This document shows positions 1-12,287 of a stretch of 64,000 nt of DNA, piece by piece. The position numbers and the translations under genes were made by a program. The DNA comes from Macrostomum lignano. Its lineage: Eukaryota. The DNA lies in NCBI GenBank assembly GCA_002269645.1, contig NIVC01002284.1:1-64000 (forward strand), in the 5' to 3' direction. Below the pieces are notes generated by a model that was not told the origin of the DNA, did no database searches, and worked only from the letters and a program-made list of their open reading frames with translations. Position 1 is the stretch's first letter. Every line of letters begins with the position of its first letter.

Positions 1-3000
1 GCCTGGCCAGTATAGAATTTGACGAGCTCGGGCCTCCGTCTTGCCCGCGCCAGCATGACCTTTGTGTAAAATTTGCAGAATCTTCTGCCGCAACGATGCT
101 GGAACAATAATGCGGTCCAACTTCATCAACACGCCATCATTGTAGGTCAAGTCCTCCTTGAAGCTCCAATACGGACAGACAGAGTGGCAAATGTTCCGAA
201 AGTTGCTTGGCCAACCCGTAGAACAAACCGGGCTACAGAACTTAAGTCCGAATCTTTGCGGGTCTCGTCTCGGATTTGTTGGCAAACAAATGGCGGAAAT
301 CGGGAGGCTCTTGCTCATTTGATGCACCTCCACTTCAATTTTGTCGTCTAGAGCAGCCTCGCCTCCAGAAGGTAAGCTCTTGAAAGCGTATCGCAATCAG
401 CATCTTGGATCTGGGTGCCCAGGATACACGCAGATTATATCTTTTGAGTTGGTACAGCATTCGAGCAATGCGTGGCGGAACATGCAGCAAGTCACGCTTA
501 AAAATAACCTCCAGGGGCTTGTGGTCTGTAGTCACTCGTACTACTGGGAGGCCATAGATGTAGTCATGAAATTTCTTGCAAGCAATAACAACGGCCAGAG
601 TTTCCTTCTCAATCTGAGCATAGTTTTTTTGCGTGTTGTTCAGCGCAGCCAATCCATACGCCACAGGCTATCCATTCTGCAGCAAAACGCAACCAACTCC
701 GACCGATGAACTGTCAACTTGAAGCTCAACTTCCATATCGGTGTCAAACAACCTTAGCACAGGAGCGTCCGACAGAACATCTTTTAGCTTCTCAAAAGCT
801 TGCTGCTGCTTCTCTTGCCAGTCAAAAAGAACCTCCTTCTTGAGCAGTGAAGTGAAGCGAAAGCGCCGTTAGCAAGAGGATGGGAGAAATCAGCCGACAC
901 GCGCGTGATGCGTGAACAAGCATCCAGCCTTGGCAGCAACTCCCCAGATGCACAAGATCTGCATGCCTAAAAATAGTCCTGATGATCGGCGAGCAAGAAG
1001 CCCAGCCATGCGACCCTCGCGTGATGCATGCACAACCTCTGATCGACACTGCCTATTGGGCCTCGAAATCCCACTCTCTCCCCCTACTGCTCCTATTCCT
1101 CATTGCTCGCGTACAGTGTGCTAGCTTATAAAATATACTGATTGAAGAGGAAAGATCCTCGCCTGAAGTTTAAGAATGTGACTCTAGAGATCACACAGAG
1201 AAAGTTACCATCGAGGTCCATTGTTCGTTGTCTTCCTGAACTATTGGCAGAAGGAAACGATTATAATATGGGAAAACCCAAATAAATTTTTCGTTTCAAT
1301 TGGTTCCACTGACCGCGTGAGTCGCCGCTAGACAGAAGTCTCAGACACCATGCAGTTATCGCTCTGCTGCATGTCTTCAACAGCCATTTGAATGAATCGA
1401 GAACTGAGACTTTCCTGCCTTCAGTAAAGGAAAACTTCGAACTAAACAAGACCAATGGACGAAGATCAAGAAGCGACGCAGTTTACCATTCCAAGAAGAA
1501 ACTCTCGTTGAGAGATCTACACAATCAATTTGGTCAAGACGGTATTTTTTGACGTCCTATTTAACTGCAATGTACCTTCAGCCAGCATCCCAATCTGACT
1601 GTCTACCAGACGCTGTTTCAATTTGTCGAGTCTCCGTGTCCAGTCCTATTTGCGTCACTGTTTAGGGCATCAAAAAGCCCATTCAATTTGTCGAGTTTCC
1701 GAGTTCACGTCAATCCCCCTCTCAGATCTGATTAAATAGTCAAGAGGATATGCTGGTACAATTCATCCACTGTTGTCACAAGTTCACTTTGCCCCTTGAC
1801 CAAGTTTCGTGTTTCAACAACATCAACTCAACTGCAAGTTACCAAGTGGGACTGCGAATCGCAAGCAAATGCACAACTGTACGCCATGTCATCATTGCTC
1901 CAAGCTTATTTTCAACAGAGCTCGGAGGGCCTCGCTTCCCTGAAAAAAGAGTGAAGCGAAAGCGCCGTTAGCAAGAGGATGGGAGAAATCAGCCGACACG
2001 CGCGTGATGCGTGAACAAGCATCCAGCCTTGGCAGCAACTCCCCAGATGCACAAGATCTGCATGCCTAAAAATAGTCCTGATGATCGGCGAGCAAGAAGC
2101 CCAGCCATGCGACCCTCGCGTGATGCATGCACAACCTCTGATCGACACTGCCTATTGGGCCTCGAAATCCCACTCTCTCCCCCTACTGCTCCTATTCCTC
2201 GTTGCTCGCGTACAGTGTGCTAGCTTATAAAATATACTGATTGAAGAGGAAAGATCCTCGCTTGAAGTTTGAGAATGTGACTCTAGAGATCACACAGAGA
2301 AAGTTACTATCGAGGTCCATTGTTCGTTGTCTTCCTGAACTGTTGGCAGAAGGAAACGATTATAATATGGGAAAAACCCGTATAAATTTTTCGTTTCAGC
2401 AGGGCACTAAGAGGTTCAGTGATGTCCGACGCATTCGGAATGAACTTGCCCAGGTAGGTTGCCATGCCAAGCAACCGCATCACTGCCTGCTTATCACCTA
2501 GAACCGGAAGCTCTTGAATGGCTTTTACTTTAGCAGGATCTGGACGAACGCCATCAGATGAGATCACGTGACCAACAAAGTTTACTGAAGAAACACCAAC
2601 TTTCAATTTCTTGCGATTTAGCTTTAAATTCGACTGATGGGCCTCACCCTCACTAAGCACCTTGAGTAGCTTCTGATCGTGCTCTTTGCGGGTCCATCCC
2701 CAGATAAGCATATCATCAACAATTACCTCAGCCCAGCTGCTGAAAATTTTGCTTAGCTCACGTTGGTAGACTTCCAGTGCATCAATAGTTCCTGGGGCAG
2801 GCGAACAAATTTGTATCTGCCCCACGGAGTGTTAAAAGTACAGAGCTGTATACTTTCTTTGTCAAGTCTGATCTGCCAAAAACCAGTCTTTGTATCCAGC
2901 ACGGTGAAGTACTTGGCACCTGGAATGCGCGCAACAACTTGCTTGACTGTTGTCATTGGGTAGTGAGCGCGCTTGATAGCTTTGTTGAGATGTGTCGGAT

Positions 3001-3290
3001 CGATACACAGTCGCAGGCTGCCATCTGGCTTGTGCACAGTAACCAAGGAGTTTACCCAATCCGTTGGCTCAGAAACTTTAACGATGACTCCGAGGGCCTC
3101 CATGCGCTTTAACTCCTCCTGAACTTTGCCTTGCAGTGCAAAGGGAATATTTCTCGGAGCATTGACGACAGGAACAGCATGTTCATCGAGAGTAAATGAG
3201 TGCATGTAAGGCAAACAGCCAAGTTTGTCGTCAAACAGGTCACTGAATTCCTTTAGCACGAACTTTTCGTCAATCACTAGTGGCTGTCTA
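1..3290 (-). pseudogene. Gypsy pol (RT-RNase H-integrase), disrupted
   Basis: Frameshift near 2805 (LPQ|GTIDALEVYQR), interruption by the 848-2398 insertion, TAG in QNG*PVAY near 670, and a further frameshift near 370. Confidence 0.9.
848..2398 (+). mobile_element. Non-autonomous LTR retroelement (TRIM-like), nested in Gypsy pol
   Basis: LTRs 853-1298 and 1952-2398 with termini TGAAGCGAAA...TTTCGTTTCA. PBS-like TGGTTCCACTGACCG at 1301, purine tract GAAAAAAGAG at 1942-1951, 4-bp TSD GCAG (844-847 / 2399-2402). Removing the insert restores PLSALLKKEVLFDW. Confidence 0.9.
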
Positions 3291-3394
3291 ATGCTTTCAA
3301 CTCGTCAAATTAGGTCCAGATCCTTCAGCGCTGGTAAACCAAGGATTGCTTGTTGCACCTCTGAAACCATAAACTCTATCTCGCACGGCCGACC

Positions 3395-4525
3395 CTACAC
3401 CTTGACCTTCAAATGACACTTTCCAACGACAGGAATGTGAGCTCCTCCAAAAGCCATCAACACAGTGTGAGTTTTTAGCAACTGCTCACCGACTGGGAAA
3501 TAATCTGCTGGCAACACGCTCATCTCTGCTCTGGTGTCTAGCTTGCATTGCAGCTTTTTACCATCTGGAAGCTGAACTTCTGCTAACCAACTGGAACCAT
3601 TATCAGTCTGCAGCGTTCCAATAAAATACACCTCTTCACCAGCACTAGCATCCTCACCTTCAGCTGCTGTTACAGTCATAACCCTCCGGTTATTGTTGCT
3701 TCGACATTGACTGCGAAAGTGGTTCAGACGGCCACAGGACAGACACCGCTTACCAAAAGCCGGACACTTGCCATCACGATGACTGTAACCGCAGTTGTGA
3801 CAGCGACTTTCTCCAGGAAGGTGTCCCTGAAGTTGACTCGGGTTCGAACTTTGTCCAGGTTGGCCCTGCGCCATCGACTGGGCCGCTGTACTTGACACTG
3901 GGCGCCCTGAGTTGCGGATTTGTTGCTGCCGAGGCACTGCCGGAGCAGGTGACAACCTTACGACATTTAGGCCTTTCTCGACTTCCTTTAGCTGATGTCG
4001 CGCGGACTCTGCAGCTCTGCACATGTCAATTGCCGTTCTCAGGTCCAAGTCCGGTTCTCGAAGTAGCCGCTCTCGCATTTGTGAGTCGTTGCACCCCAGG
4101 ACGATCTTGTCTCGAATCATTTTCTCTTTTTGTGTTTCAAAATTGCACGTTCCAGCCAGACGTTTCAAATCAGTCACAAACAGGTCAACTGGCTCAGACT
4201 CCTTCTGGTCGCGTTCCCAGAACTTAAAACGCTCAAAGACTTCGCTCGTACGCGGACTGAAGTGCTCATCGAATAGCTCCAGCAACTTGTCAAAAGCTAT
4301 TGGTCGCCTTGCTGTTGCACCCTCTGCTGTTTCCTCTTCTATTTCTGTCTCCAGGGTGTTATAAATGTCAAGGCCATTGTCACCGATCAGATGCAAAAAC
4401 AAATTTATTTGACACTCTTCGCCAACAATTCCAGTTGCCTTGAGGTATATAAAAAATCTTTGTCACCAGCATTTCCAAGACTCGTTGGAGTCCGTCTCCA
4501 ACTCTTCGGGTGGCTTCAGGTCCAT
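3395..4525 (-). pseudogene. Gypsy gag-protease, inactivated
   Basis: ATG at 4525 (MDLKPPEEL..), in-frame TGA at codon 21 (4463-4465), CHNC..H..C and CLSC..H..C zinc knuckles. The protease motif reads LDTRA instead of DTGA. Confidence 0.85.
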
Positions 4526-4554
4526 GCTCTGAGTCTAGCTAGCTTGCGACGCCA

Positions 4555-4714
4555 TGTAATGAATGCGCAACCAAGAGAAACTTGTATTATTCAAGAGTGC
4601 CAAAAAGCATATTATATAGAGGGGCGAGGGGGGCTGAGCAATTGATAGCAATGTACATGATTGGGGGACGGGGCGGCTGGGGCGCAGATGTGCGTACAAT
4701 AAATTATAGTTACA
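4555..4714 (-). repeat. 5' LTR (160 bp) of the Gypsy element
   Basis: Bounded by TGTAA...TTACA. On the minus strand it is followed directly by TGGCGTCGCAAG (PBS position), and the gag ATG at 4525 follows shortly after. The partner LTR is outside the window. Confidence 0.7.
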
Positions 4715-5482
4715 AGTGCATCACTGACAAAGGTCTCAAACAATCGTATAATACATGATATGCAGCTAGAAGTTTATTAAGATGTTAGCATTATAAAAGT
4801 CTAAATTATAATTTTTAGACTTCGTTTATTAAGCCTAGCCCTATATAGCTTTAATAATAATAATAATAAACAATAATTATTTATTAAGATAGGCCTAGGG
4901 AGAGCTACATATAAGATATAGTTATTGATTGCATAATGTGATTCTATCTATTTTCAGTTTATCTATTAGCATGTAACTTGTAGCTCCCTCCTTCTTGGTC
5001 TATATTAGTACTTAATATTAAATATAAATAATTAAAATTTAGCTATTTTAAGATATGCTTAATTTTTTGTAGCAATATCTAGATTATATTGCATATATTC
5101 AAATTGTATATTATTCCTATATGCTTAAGTATATGCCAATTTTGCAAATGGCTTTTGTATACTAGACTAGATTACCATAATTTATAGGGTACTCACTGAC
5201 TAGAAGTTATAATCCCTGGAAAAACTATGTGTATAGTATTCAATTTTTGCTTTTGTGCATGTAACATTATGTATCCTTTTTATTTAACCATTTTAGAACA
5301 CTTGTCATCAATGCCTGTGCAATTCTCAACTTTAAATTGTAAGTTTTGAACTTTTGTTTTTCTGTATAATAAATAGAAAGCAAAAAATGATACAATATTT
5401 GTGATGTATTTGAATATTGGCTAATTTTCGACAAAAAAATCACCCCCAACATTATTGACTAGTTCTCTAAGTACATCCTATT

Positions 5483-6800
5483 CACACTGCTGGCACTTCA
5501 ATAAATCCACCCAACTCACTGCTGGTGCTCCAATGCCACCCAACTCACTGCTGGCACTTCAATAATGCCACCCAACTCACTGCTGGCACTTCAATAATGC
5601 CACCCAACTCACTCTGCTGGTGCTCCAATGCCACCCAACTCACTGCTGGTGCTCCAATGCCACCCAACTCACACTGCTGGTGCTCCAATGCCACCCAACT
5701 CACACTGCTGGTGCTCCAATGCCACCCAACTCACACTGCTGGTGCTCCAATGCCACCCAACTCACTGCTGGCACTTCAATAATGCCACCCAACTCACTGC
5801 TGGCACTTCAATAATGCCACCCAACTCACTCTGCTGGTGCTCCAATGCCACCCAACTCACTGCTGGTGCTCCAATGCCACCCAACTCACTGCTGGTACTT
5901 CAATAATGCCACCCAACTCACTGCTGGCACTTCAATAATGCCACCCAACTCACTCTGCTGGTGCTCCAATGCCACCCAACTCACACTGCTGGTGCTCCAA
6001 TGCCACCCAACTCACACTGCTGGTGCTCCAATGCCACCCAACTCACACTGCTGGTGCTCCAATGCCACCCAACTCACACTGCTGGTGCTCCAATGCCACC
6101 CAACTCACACTGCTGGTGCTCCAATGCCACCCAACTCACTGCTGGTGCTCCAATGCCACCCAACTTACTGCTGGTGCTCCAATGCCACCCAACTCACACT
6201 GCTGGTGCTCCAATGCCAACCAACTCACACTGCTGGTACTCCAATGCCACCCAACTCACACTGCTGGTGCTCCAATGCCACCCAACTCACTGCTGGCACT
6301 TCAATAATGCCACCCAACTCACTGCTGGCACTTCAATAATGCCACCCAACTCACTCTGCTGGTGCTCCAATGCCACCCAACTCACTGCTGGTGCTCCAAT
6401 GCCACCCAACTCACTGCTGGTACTTCAATGCCACCCAACTCACTGCTGGTACTTCAATAATGCCACCCAACTCACTGCTGGCACTTCAATAATGCCACCC
6501 AACTCACTCTGCTGGTGCTCCAATGCCACCCAACTCACACTGCTGGTGCTCCAATGCCACCCAACTCACACTGCTGGTGCTCCAATGCCACCCAACTCAC
6601 ACTGCTGGTGCTCCAATGCCACCCAACTCACACTGCTGGTGCTCCAATGCCACCCAACTCACACTGCTGGTGCTCCAATGCCACCCAACTCACTGCTGGT
6701 GCTCCAATGCCACCCAACTCACTGCTGGTGCTCCAATGCCACCCAACTCACACTGCTGGTGCTCCAATGCCAACCAACTCACACTGCTGGTACTCCAACA
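5483..6800. repeat. Minisatellite, ~29-33 bp units (cacactgctggtgctccaatgccacccaact), directly upstream of the SMIM7 exon
   Basis: Dozens of tandem variant copies visible. Confidence 0.97.
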
Positions 6801-6832
6801 CCACACTGCTCAAACCCACTCTCGAACCCCAG

Positions 6833-6995
6833 GAGAGACGAGAAGCAGCACCAATTCGAGTTTGAGGACGCCAGCCGCGCCTCCTTCGGGGACAAAACGC
6901 GAGAGTTTCTGCGCAGCCTTCGCTACTTTCGCGTGTTTATCGGCCTGTGGAACATCTTTGTCATACTACTCATGCTGACAGTGTTCAGCAGTTAG
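6833..6995 (+). CDS. SMIM7: Small integral membrane protein 7, terminal coding exon; upstream exon not in the window
   Basis: ccccag acceptor, then RDEKQHQFEFEDASRASFGDKTREFLRSLRYFRVFIGLWNIFVILLMLTVFSS*, matching the SMIM7 hallmark GDxIREFLxSLRYFRxFIxLWNIF. Confidence 0.88.
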
Positions 6996-8058
6996 CAGTG
7001 TGCAAGTTGCTGGCTAGTGGAAGATTTTTATACTCACATTATTGTGTTAATCAGTAAATCTCTGTTTCTTAATACCCAACAGTTTGCTGTAGGCGGTGCC
7101 TGGATTTCAATTCACCCTGAATGTCATTTGATAGAGTAACTAATAGGATTTCACTGATTGCACTGTTAACTCATTCAGTAGAAGCTGTAATATCGTAAAT
7201 GCGTTAAATTTAAGCATTAGCAAATTATGACAGCTGTTAACTTGTGTTATGGTTAGGGTTCCTGCCGGTACAGCTTTCCTGTTTTTTGCTGTGTACATAT
7301 TCTGATAATACATTGAGAAAGCCATTGTGCTTATTTTGTCTGCTGAACTAATTTTGAACTCATTTCATTGCCTTGCTAATATTGAAAATGTTCTGTTCGT
7401 TTCGATGCTCTCTTATTTCGCTAATTTCAGTGAGAAGTTTGTTAGACAAAACTGTCACCATAAAGTGGCTATCAATTAATTCTTAATTTATTAACGATTA
7501 TCGAGTGTTTGTAAAGCTTTGGGGGTCACAACTTGACGTAGATAGGTTAGTTACCTTATGGACCCTGGGCTTAATTTCTTAATTAGCTAGTCGCATGGGC
7601 TTCTAAGTGATGATTTTGACACTATTTTCAGCGATTCTGGCATGTACGATCTTTGGAGAGTACTGTGCATGTATTGTGGTTATGCTAGTAACAAATTGAA
7701 TGGTGATTTAACAGAGAACTACTTAATGTGCAATGCAGATAGACAGAGTTAGCCTATAAAAGGACAGGATTTTTCACTTGTATTTGTGTGATTCAAATTG
7801 TTATTTAACTTCTGCTGGTAACTGGAATACAGGGGAGTACATGAGCACTAATTTGATCGGAGATGGCTCAGAAAAATAACACTCAAATACCCACCTTTTT
7901 CTGCGAAAATTTTCTCATATTGCCCCGTACTTGAAAATGAAACCGGACATTCTGGCATAAACCAATTATTATCGGGAAAAGCTCCATTTTGTTTATTGAG
8001 ATCCTCCAGCTCGATCGGATCAGTCCGAGCTGCTTTGTGTTGCCATTCGATTGCAGAT

Positions 8059-9505
8059 TCACGGCGAGTTGCAGAGGTTCCGCAGTTCGTCGAACTGGCT
8101 CGTGTCGAGGTTGCCAGTCAGCAGGGCCCAGCACTGCAGCCAGCCGTCAAACGGTTCGATTCCGTTTCTCATGCAGTTTCCAATCAGCAGGGTGTCGTGG
8201 ATGGTGTACAGGCTGCCACTCGACTTCCTGGGACTGCCGCCCCAAGTCTGGCGCGCCACCGTGGCTCCGTTAAGGTGAGTAGCGAAGTCCAGGCCATCAA
8301 AGTTGATTCCGACGCTCTCCACTCTCTGAACCGAGCCGACATCCAGAGCGTTGTTGCTAGTGTAATGGCGGAAAAGCACATCTCCGGTTGGGAAAAACAC
8401 TTTGGTAGAAATTCTTCCCTGGATGTCGGCATGGAAAGTGCTTGAGTACATGTCGTTTCTCGTGACATCGACGAATGCACCGAAGCATTTGGATCTGAAA
8501 GTTTCATCGGCAGCTTGCTTACAGTTGCATAATTCTAAGAGTGCTGTAGAGGCCTGTCATCTTAATATCATAGAGTGGAGCCCAAGTAACCTGGTACACA
8601 AATAATACGCCATTCTGCTCTGACACCAAGGAAGCTGTTTTTAGCAAAATGCGACGAAAATTGGACTTGGGATAGGGGAAGGCAAGCAAGAGGATAATTT
8701 GGAAATCCACATACAATGAGCTTAAATTGACATAATGGTCCCTAATTTTCCCCTTGCTCGTTCTTCTCTATCCCCAGTCAGGTTTTGGTCGCTTTTTGCC
8801 AAACCCTGCTTTACTGTGAGCAGAATAGCGTATCATTTGTGTACATACAATGTAGGTTACTCTGGCTCCAGTTTAGAGCTTAAGGCTTTATCTTGCATTA
8901 GTAAATGCGCGTAATACATATACATGTACTTACGAGAAGTTCATTCCAAATTTTCCCTGGAAGAACAGGCTGAACTTCTGTCCGTAGTTGAAGTATTTGT
9001 AGAATCCGGGAGTTGAGACCTTCACGTGGGAGCTGCTCGAGCCCTGCAGGCGGACTCCGTCAATCGAGTTCTGCTCGGCGATGCCCACCGGCTCAGCTGG
9101 GAATTCGCACGAGTTGGCCAGATTTTTGTAGCTCTTTCGAAAGTTGTACAGCAGAACAATTTGCATGGAAAACGAGAGCGACAGCAGGGCGGGATCTGCT
9201 GATTTCAGAGACAGCTTCCTTCTAGCGATCATTCCAGGACTGCAGGCTGCAGCTGCAGCCGTATGCGGCAGGCTATAGCAGACACGGCTGTCTGTCAGGT
9301 ACACGGACTGCCGGCACCCGCTGCTCAGGGTGCAGCGGAGCACGCACTCGGACTCGCTGGGCGCGGGCACCGCCTCCACGCCGAACGGTTCAGCGGGACA
9401 GATGCTTTTGGGCTGGAACAGGGCGGAGCTGTCATCGCACTCCGCGTTGACGGCAATACAACTGGCCATCAGCAGCAGGCAGATGCGGCCTGCGGCGAAT
9501 TCCAT
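8059..9505 (-). CDS. Secreted protein with PAN/apple-like domain and a C-terminal lectin/LamG-like region, copy 1 (multi-exon)
   Basis: Signal peptide (MEFAAGRICLLLMASCIAVNA) and ECVLRCTLSSGC...VCY cysteine pattern. GT-AG introns: donor near 8933 and 8495-8522. The middle exon structure is uncertain. Confidence 0.7.
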
Positions 9506-11388
9506 GCTTTCTAAGAAACGTTTAAAATAGGGTTATCTGGTTTCAGAAAGCTCCAAAGTTGTGGATTTCTGCAAGTAAAATTGTAGTCAGTCGCCACAGA
9601 TGCTTTGGTTTTAAAGTTTTAAATGCTGGCTGACTAAAAGTAGTTACCTGGCTGGCTGCGGGTTGTGGGCTTCTTGTCTCGTAGCGGTTTTTATGCTGAG
9701 GGCCGGCCTGACAGCTGCAGAGGGACGCTGCTTTCCCACACTTCCTCGATCGTAGGCGTTCTCAGTTTTTTGTCTTTCTAAACGCAGGAAGTTCAAAAGT
9801 TCTAAACGCAGGAAGCCTGCTAGTTCTTCGCTTAGCAAGTCCAACGTGCTAAGCGGAACACCTCTTGAGCACTCCTTTCATTGTGACATCCTACTATGGC
9901 AGGATGAAAGCTCTCTGCTCAGAACAATTGCATTTTCCCTTCTTTGGGGAATTTCTTGTCAGCTTCAGACACTACAAGCAGTAACGAAAAATCGAATCTT
10001 CTTGAAGCTTTTTCCTATCTTTTCTCCAGAGCTGTGCTTTCAACGCCTTCATCAGACTCCCGACTGATGCTACTAATGCTGCCCCCGCGTTGAGTTCGTC
10101 TCTAGATGGGCCTCAGGGTTTTCGAGACCCTATAGATTAGTTATAAAGCTGGTAGCAAAAAGTGGATAACTTTTAAAAAGATGAGATACGAGTATAGTGG
10201 GCATAATGGTATCGCATTCAATGTCATTCTGCTCTATTTTAAGAAAAATACATGTATTTTGAATAGAGAATGAATGAAGTAATTCTCAAGTTTGACGAGG
10301 ATCTGAATTGAAATGTTCAAAATCCGCGAGTTTCAACAGCTTACTGCTTGGATAATATTGAAAGTGTGTTCTTTTCATTTTTGATGCTCTGTCTTCTTGC
10401 AAGTTTCAGTTAATCAATTAATGCTTTCAGCACAAGTGCAGTGTTTTTTCGTTCTACTACCGCTGCTTCGTCCAGTACAGAATAGTGAACATTATTAGCG
10501 GCAGTCTGAACACATTTTAGTTTGGCGAAAGTTGCAGCTGTTAATAACAGCAATTTATAAAATAAATGAGATGCCGAATTTCAAGCTCCAGAGTGGAACT
10601 CGAAGGAAAGCTCTGGACGGAACCGACTATGCGAGCTCGTACATTCGATAACTTTCCTTATCGTTTGAATGAGACGCTGAACTAGATATCCCGTCCGAGT
10701 TCTCCCTGGGCTTCCAGGGATATAAAATAAAATAAGCCATTTTTCCTCTCGTCGGCCACATGTACGCTCGTACCAAAGGGGATTCCATATTTTACTGAGC
10801 CGAAGCGGAGCAACGCAGGCACATGAAATTAAAAAACACGGGCTGACCTTTCGTTGCGCACCTTCTCAAACAAGAATCAAGTCGCCAGCCCTCCGGACCG
10901 TCAAGATATTCGACGATTCTGCCAGAATCAATTATCGACGTATTCAATTCACCCCCTGTGTGCCAATCAACACTGCGCCTCAGTGCAGCCTTGCCAAACC
11001 TCCAAATTTCATCAGCACGTCGACCAACATGAGCCTGCATCAGCTCTCACTTTGTTGGTCACTGGCTTTTACCCAGGTGGAGCTTCTGGAACCTTCAACA
11101 GATGGCACCAGGTGACTATGGATACCCTGATGCAAATTCTTCTCGTTTTGCTGATCAAGCCTCGACAGTGAGAAATCACAACAGCTGGACACTCTCAGCT
11201 AGTCTCTCAGGTATTCAAGTCAACACTGTTCAAAGAAAGATGAGTCAATTATCTAAGAACGGACAAAATCCTAGCGATTGTTTCTCTAATTCCCAATTTA
11301 GGCATCTATAAGTTGACCTGAAATCTCCATATCATCCACTTTATGCCCTGGTAGCCTCGCCTGTCATGGCAAGAGCATAGCTCTGGTC

Positions 11389-11429
11389 CAAGGACCACTA
11401 GAAGTTACGGTAACTTCTAGTGGTCCTTG
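11389..11429. repeat. Perfect 19-bp-arm hairpin related to the neighbouring MITE termini
   Basis: caaggaccactagaagtta-cgg-taacttctagtggtccttg. Confidence 0.85.
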
Positions 11430-11695
11430 TTCTGACCATGTACGATATTTGGATTTAGCTGCATACATGTGCATTGTGCTGCAGCTCGTGCCAAATTGAA
11501 TGGTGATTTAACAGAAGGCTGATCAATATGCAATGCAGATAGACAGATCTAGCCTACTAAGGACAGACATTTTCACTTTTATTTGTGTGATTCACTGCAT
11601 ACGGGGAGACGGATATTCGGGTGGCTAATTTGATCGGGAACAACTCAGAAAAAACACTTAAGAATGCGAGCCTTTCTGTGAAATTCTGGATCTTA

Positions 11696-12139
11696 CTCGT
11701 ACCAAGGACCACGATCAGTAGAAGGACGAGAAGCCTCGTTTCTTAGAAAAATTTCAGGTGGCATGCAGGTTTTTCCAAAAGCTACACTTACGGAGATTGA
11801 GACCGTTCATCTTTTGATATGCTGTGCCTTTCTTATAGTTCACTTGATACGAGTATTCATAAAGCTTTTCGTTCAGAAAATTAGGATTGGAATCCTTATT
11901 CCAGAATCCTTATTTTCTGAAAGAAAAGCTTTATGAATATCAAGTGAACTATAAGAAAGGCACAGCATATCAAAAGATGAACATTGGGTCTGCTTCCTAT
12001 CGAAAGCAATAACAATTCTGGTGCTGAAAAATGAAAACTTCCTAGTGTACTTTTTTGAGAAACCTGCATGCCTCCTAGAATTTTTCCTAGAAACGAGGTT
12101 CCCAGACCTTCTACTTGAGTGGTCCTTCGCTCGTCCGAG
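11696..12139. mobile_element. Foldback/MITE-like palindromic element
   Basis: Outer ~95-bp arms are imperfect inverted repeats. The inner 11805-11982 is an almost perfect palindrome with 45-bp exact arms. It is not present in the corresponding flank of copy 1. Confidence 0.75.
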
Positions 12140-12287
12140 CTACTATACCACGTAGTTGAAAATTGAAAAAATTAATATCAGGAAAAATGAAGCTCAGTTT
12201 AAAAAATTTCCAATCGTTTGTTTATTGAGATCCTCCAGCTCGATCGGATCAGTCCGAGCTGCTTTGTGTTGCCATTCGATTGCAGAT

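Larger units (their letters stand above)
1..4714 (-). mobile_element. Ty3/Gypsy LTR retrotransposon, decayed; 3' part runs off the left edge of the window
   Basis: Minus-strand order gag (two CCHC knuckles), protease, RT (IVDD), RNase H (VDSSSVGVGCVL...YAQIEKETLAVV), integrase N-terminus (LHKGHAGAGKTEARARQILYWPG). Preceded by a short LTR and a TGG-starting PBS-like site. Confidence 0.95.

Noticed and set aside
7996-8445. Plus-strand 149-aa and 172-aa ORFs (also 12156-12674)
   Set aside because: They are antisense to the last exon of the PAN-like genes, which has proper splice signals on the minus strand.
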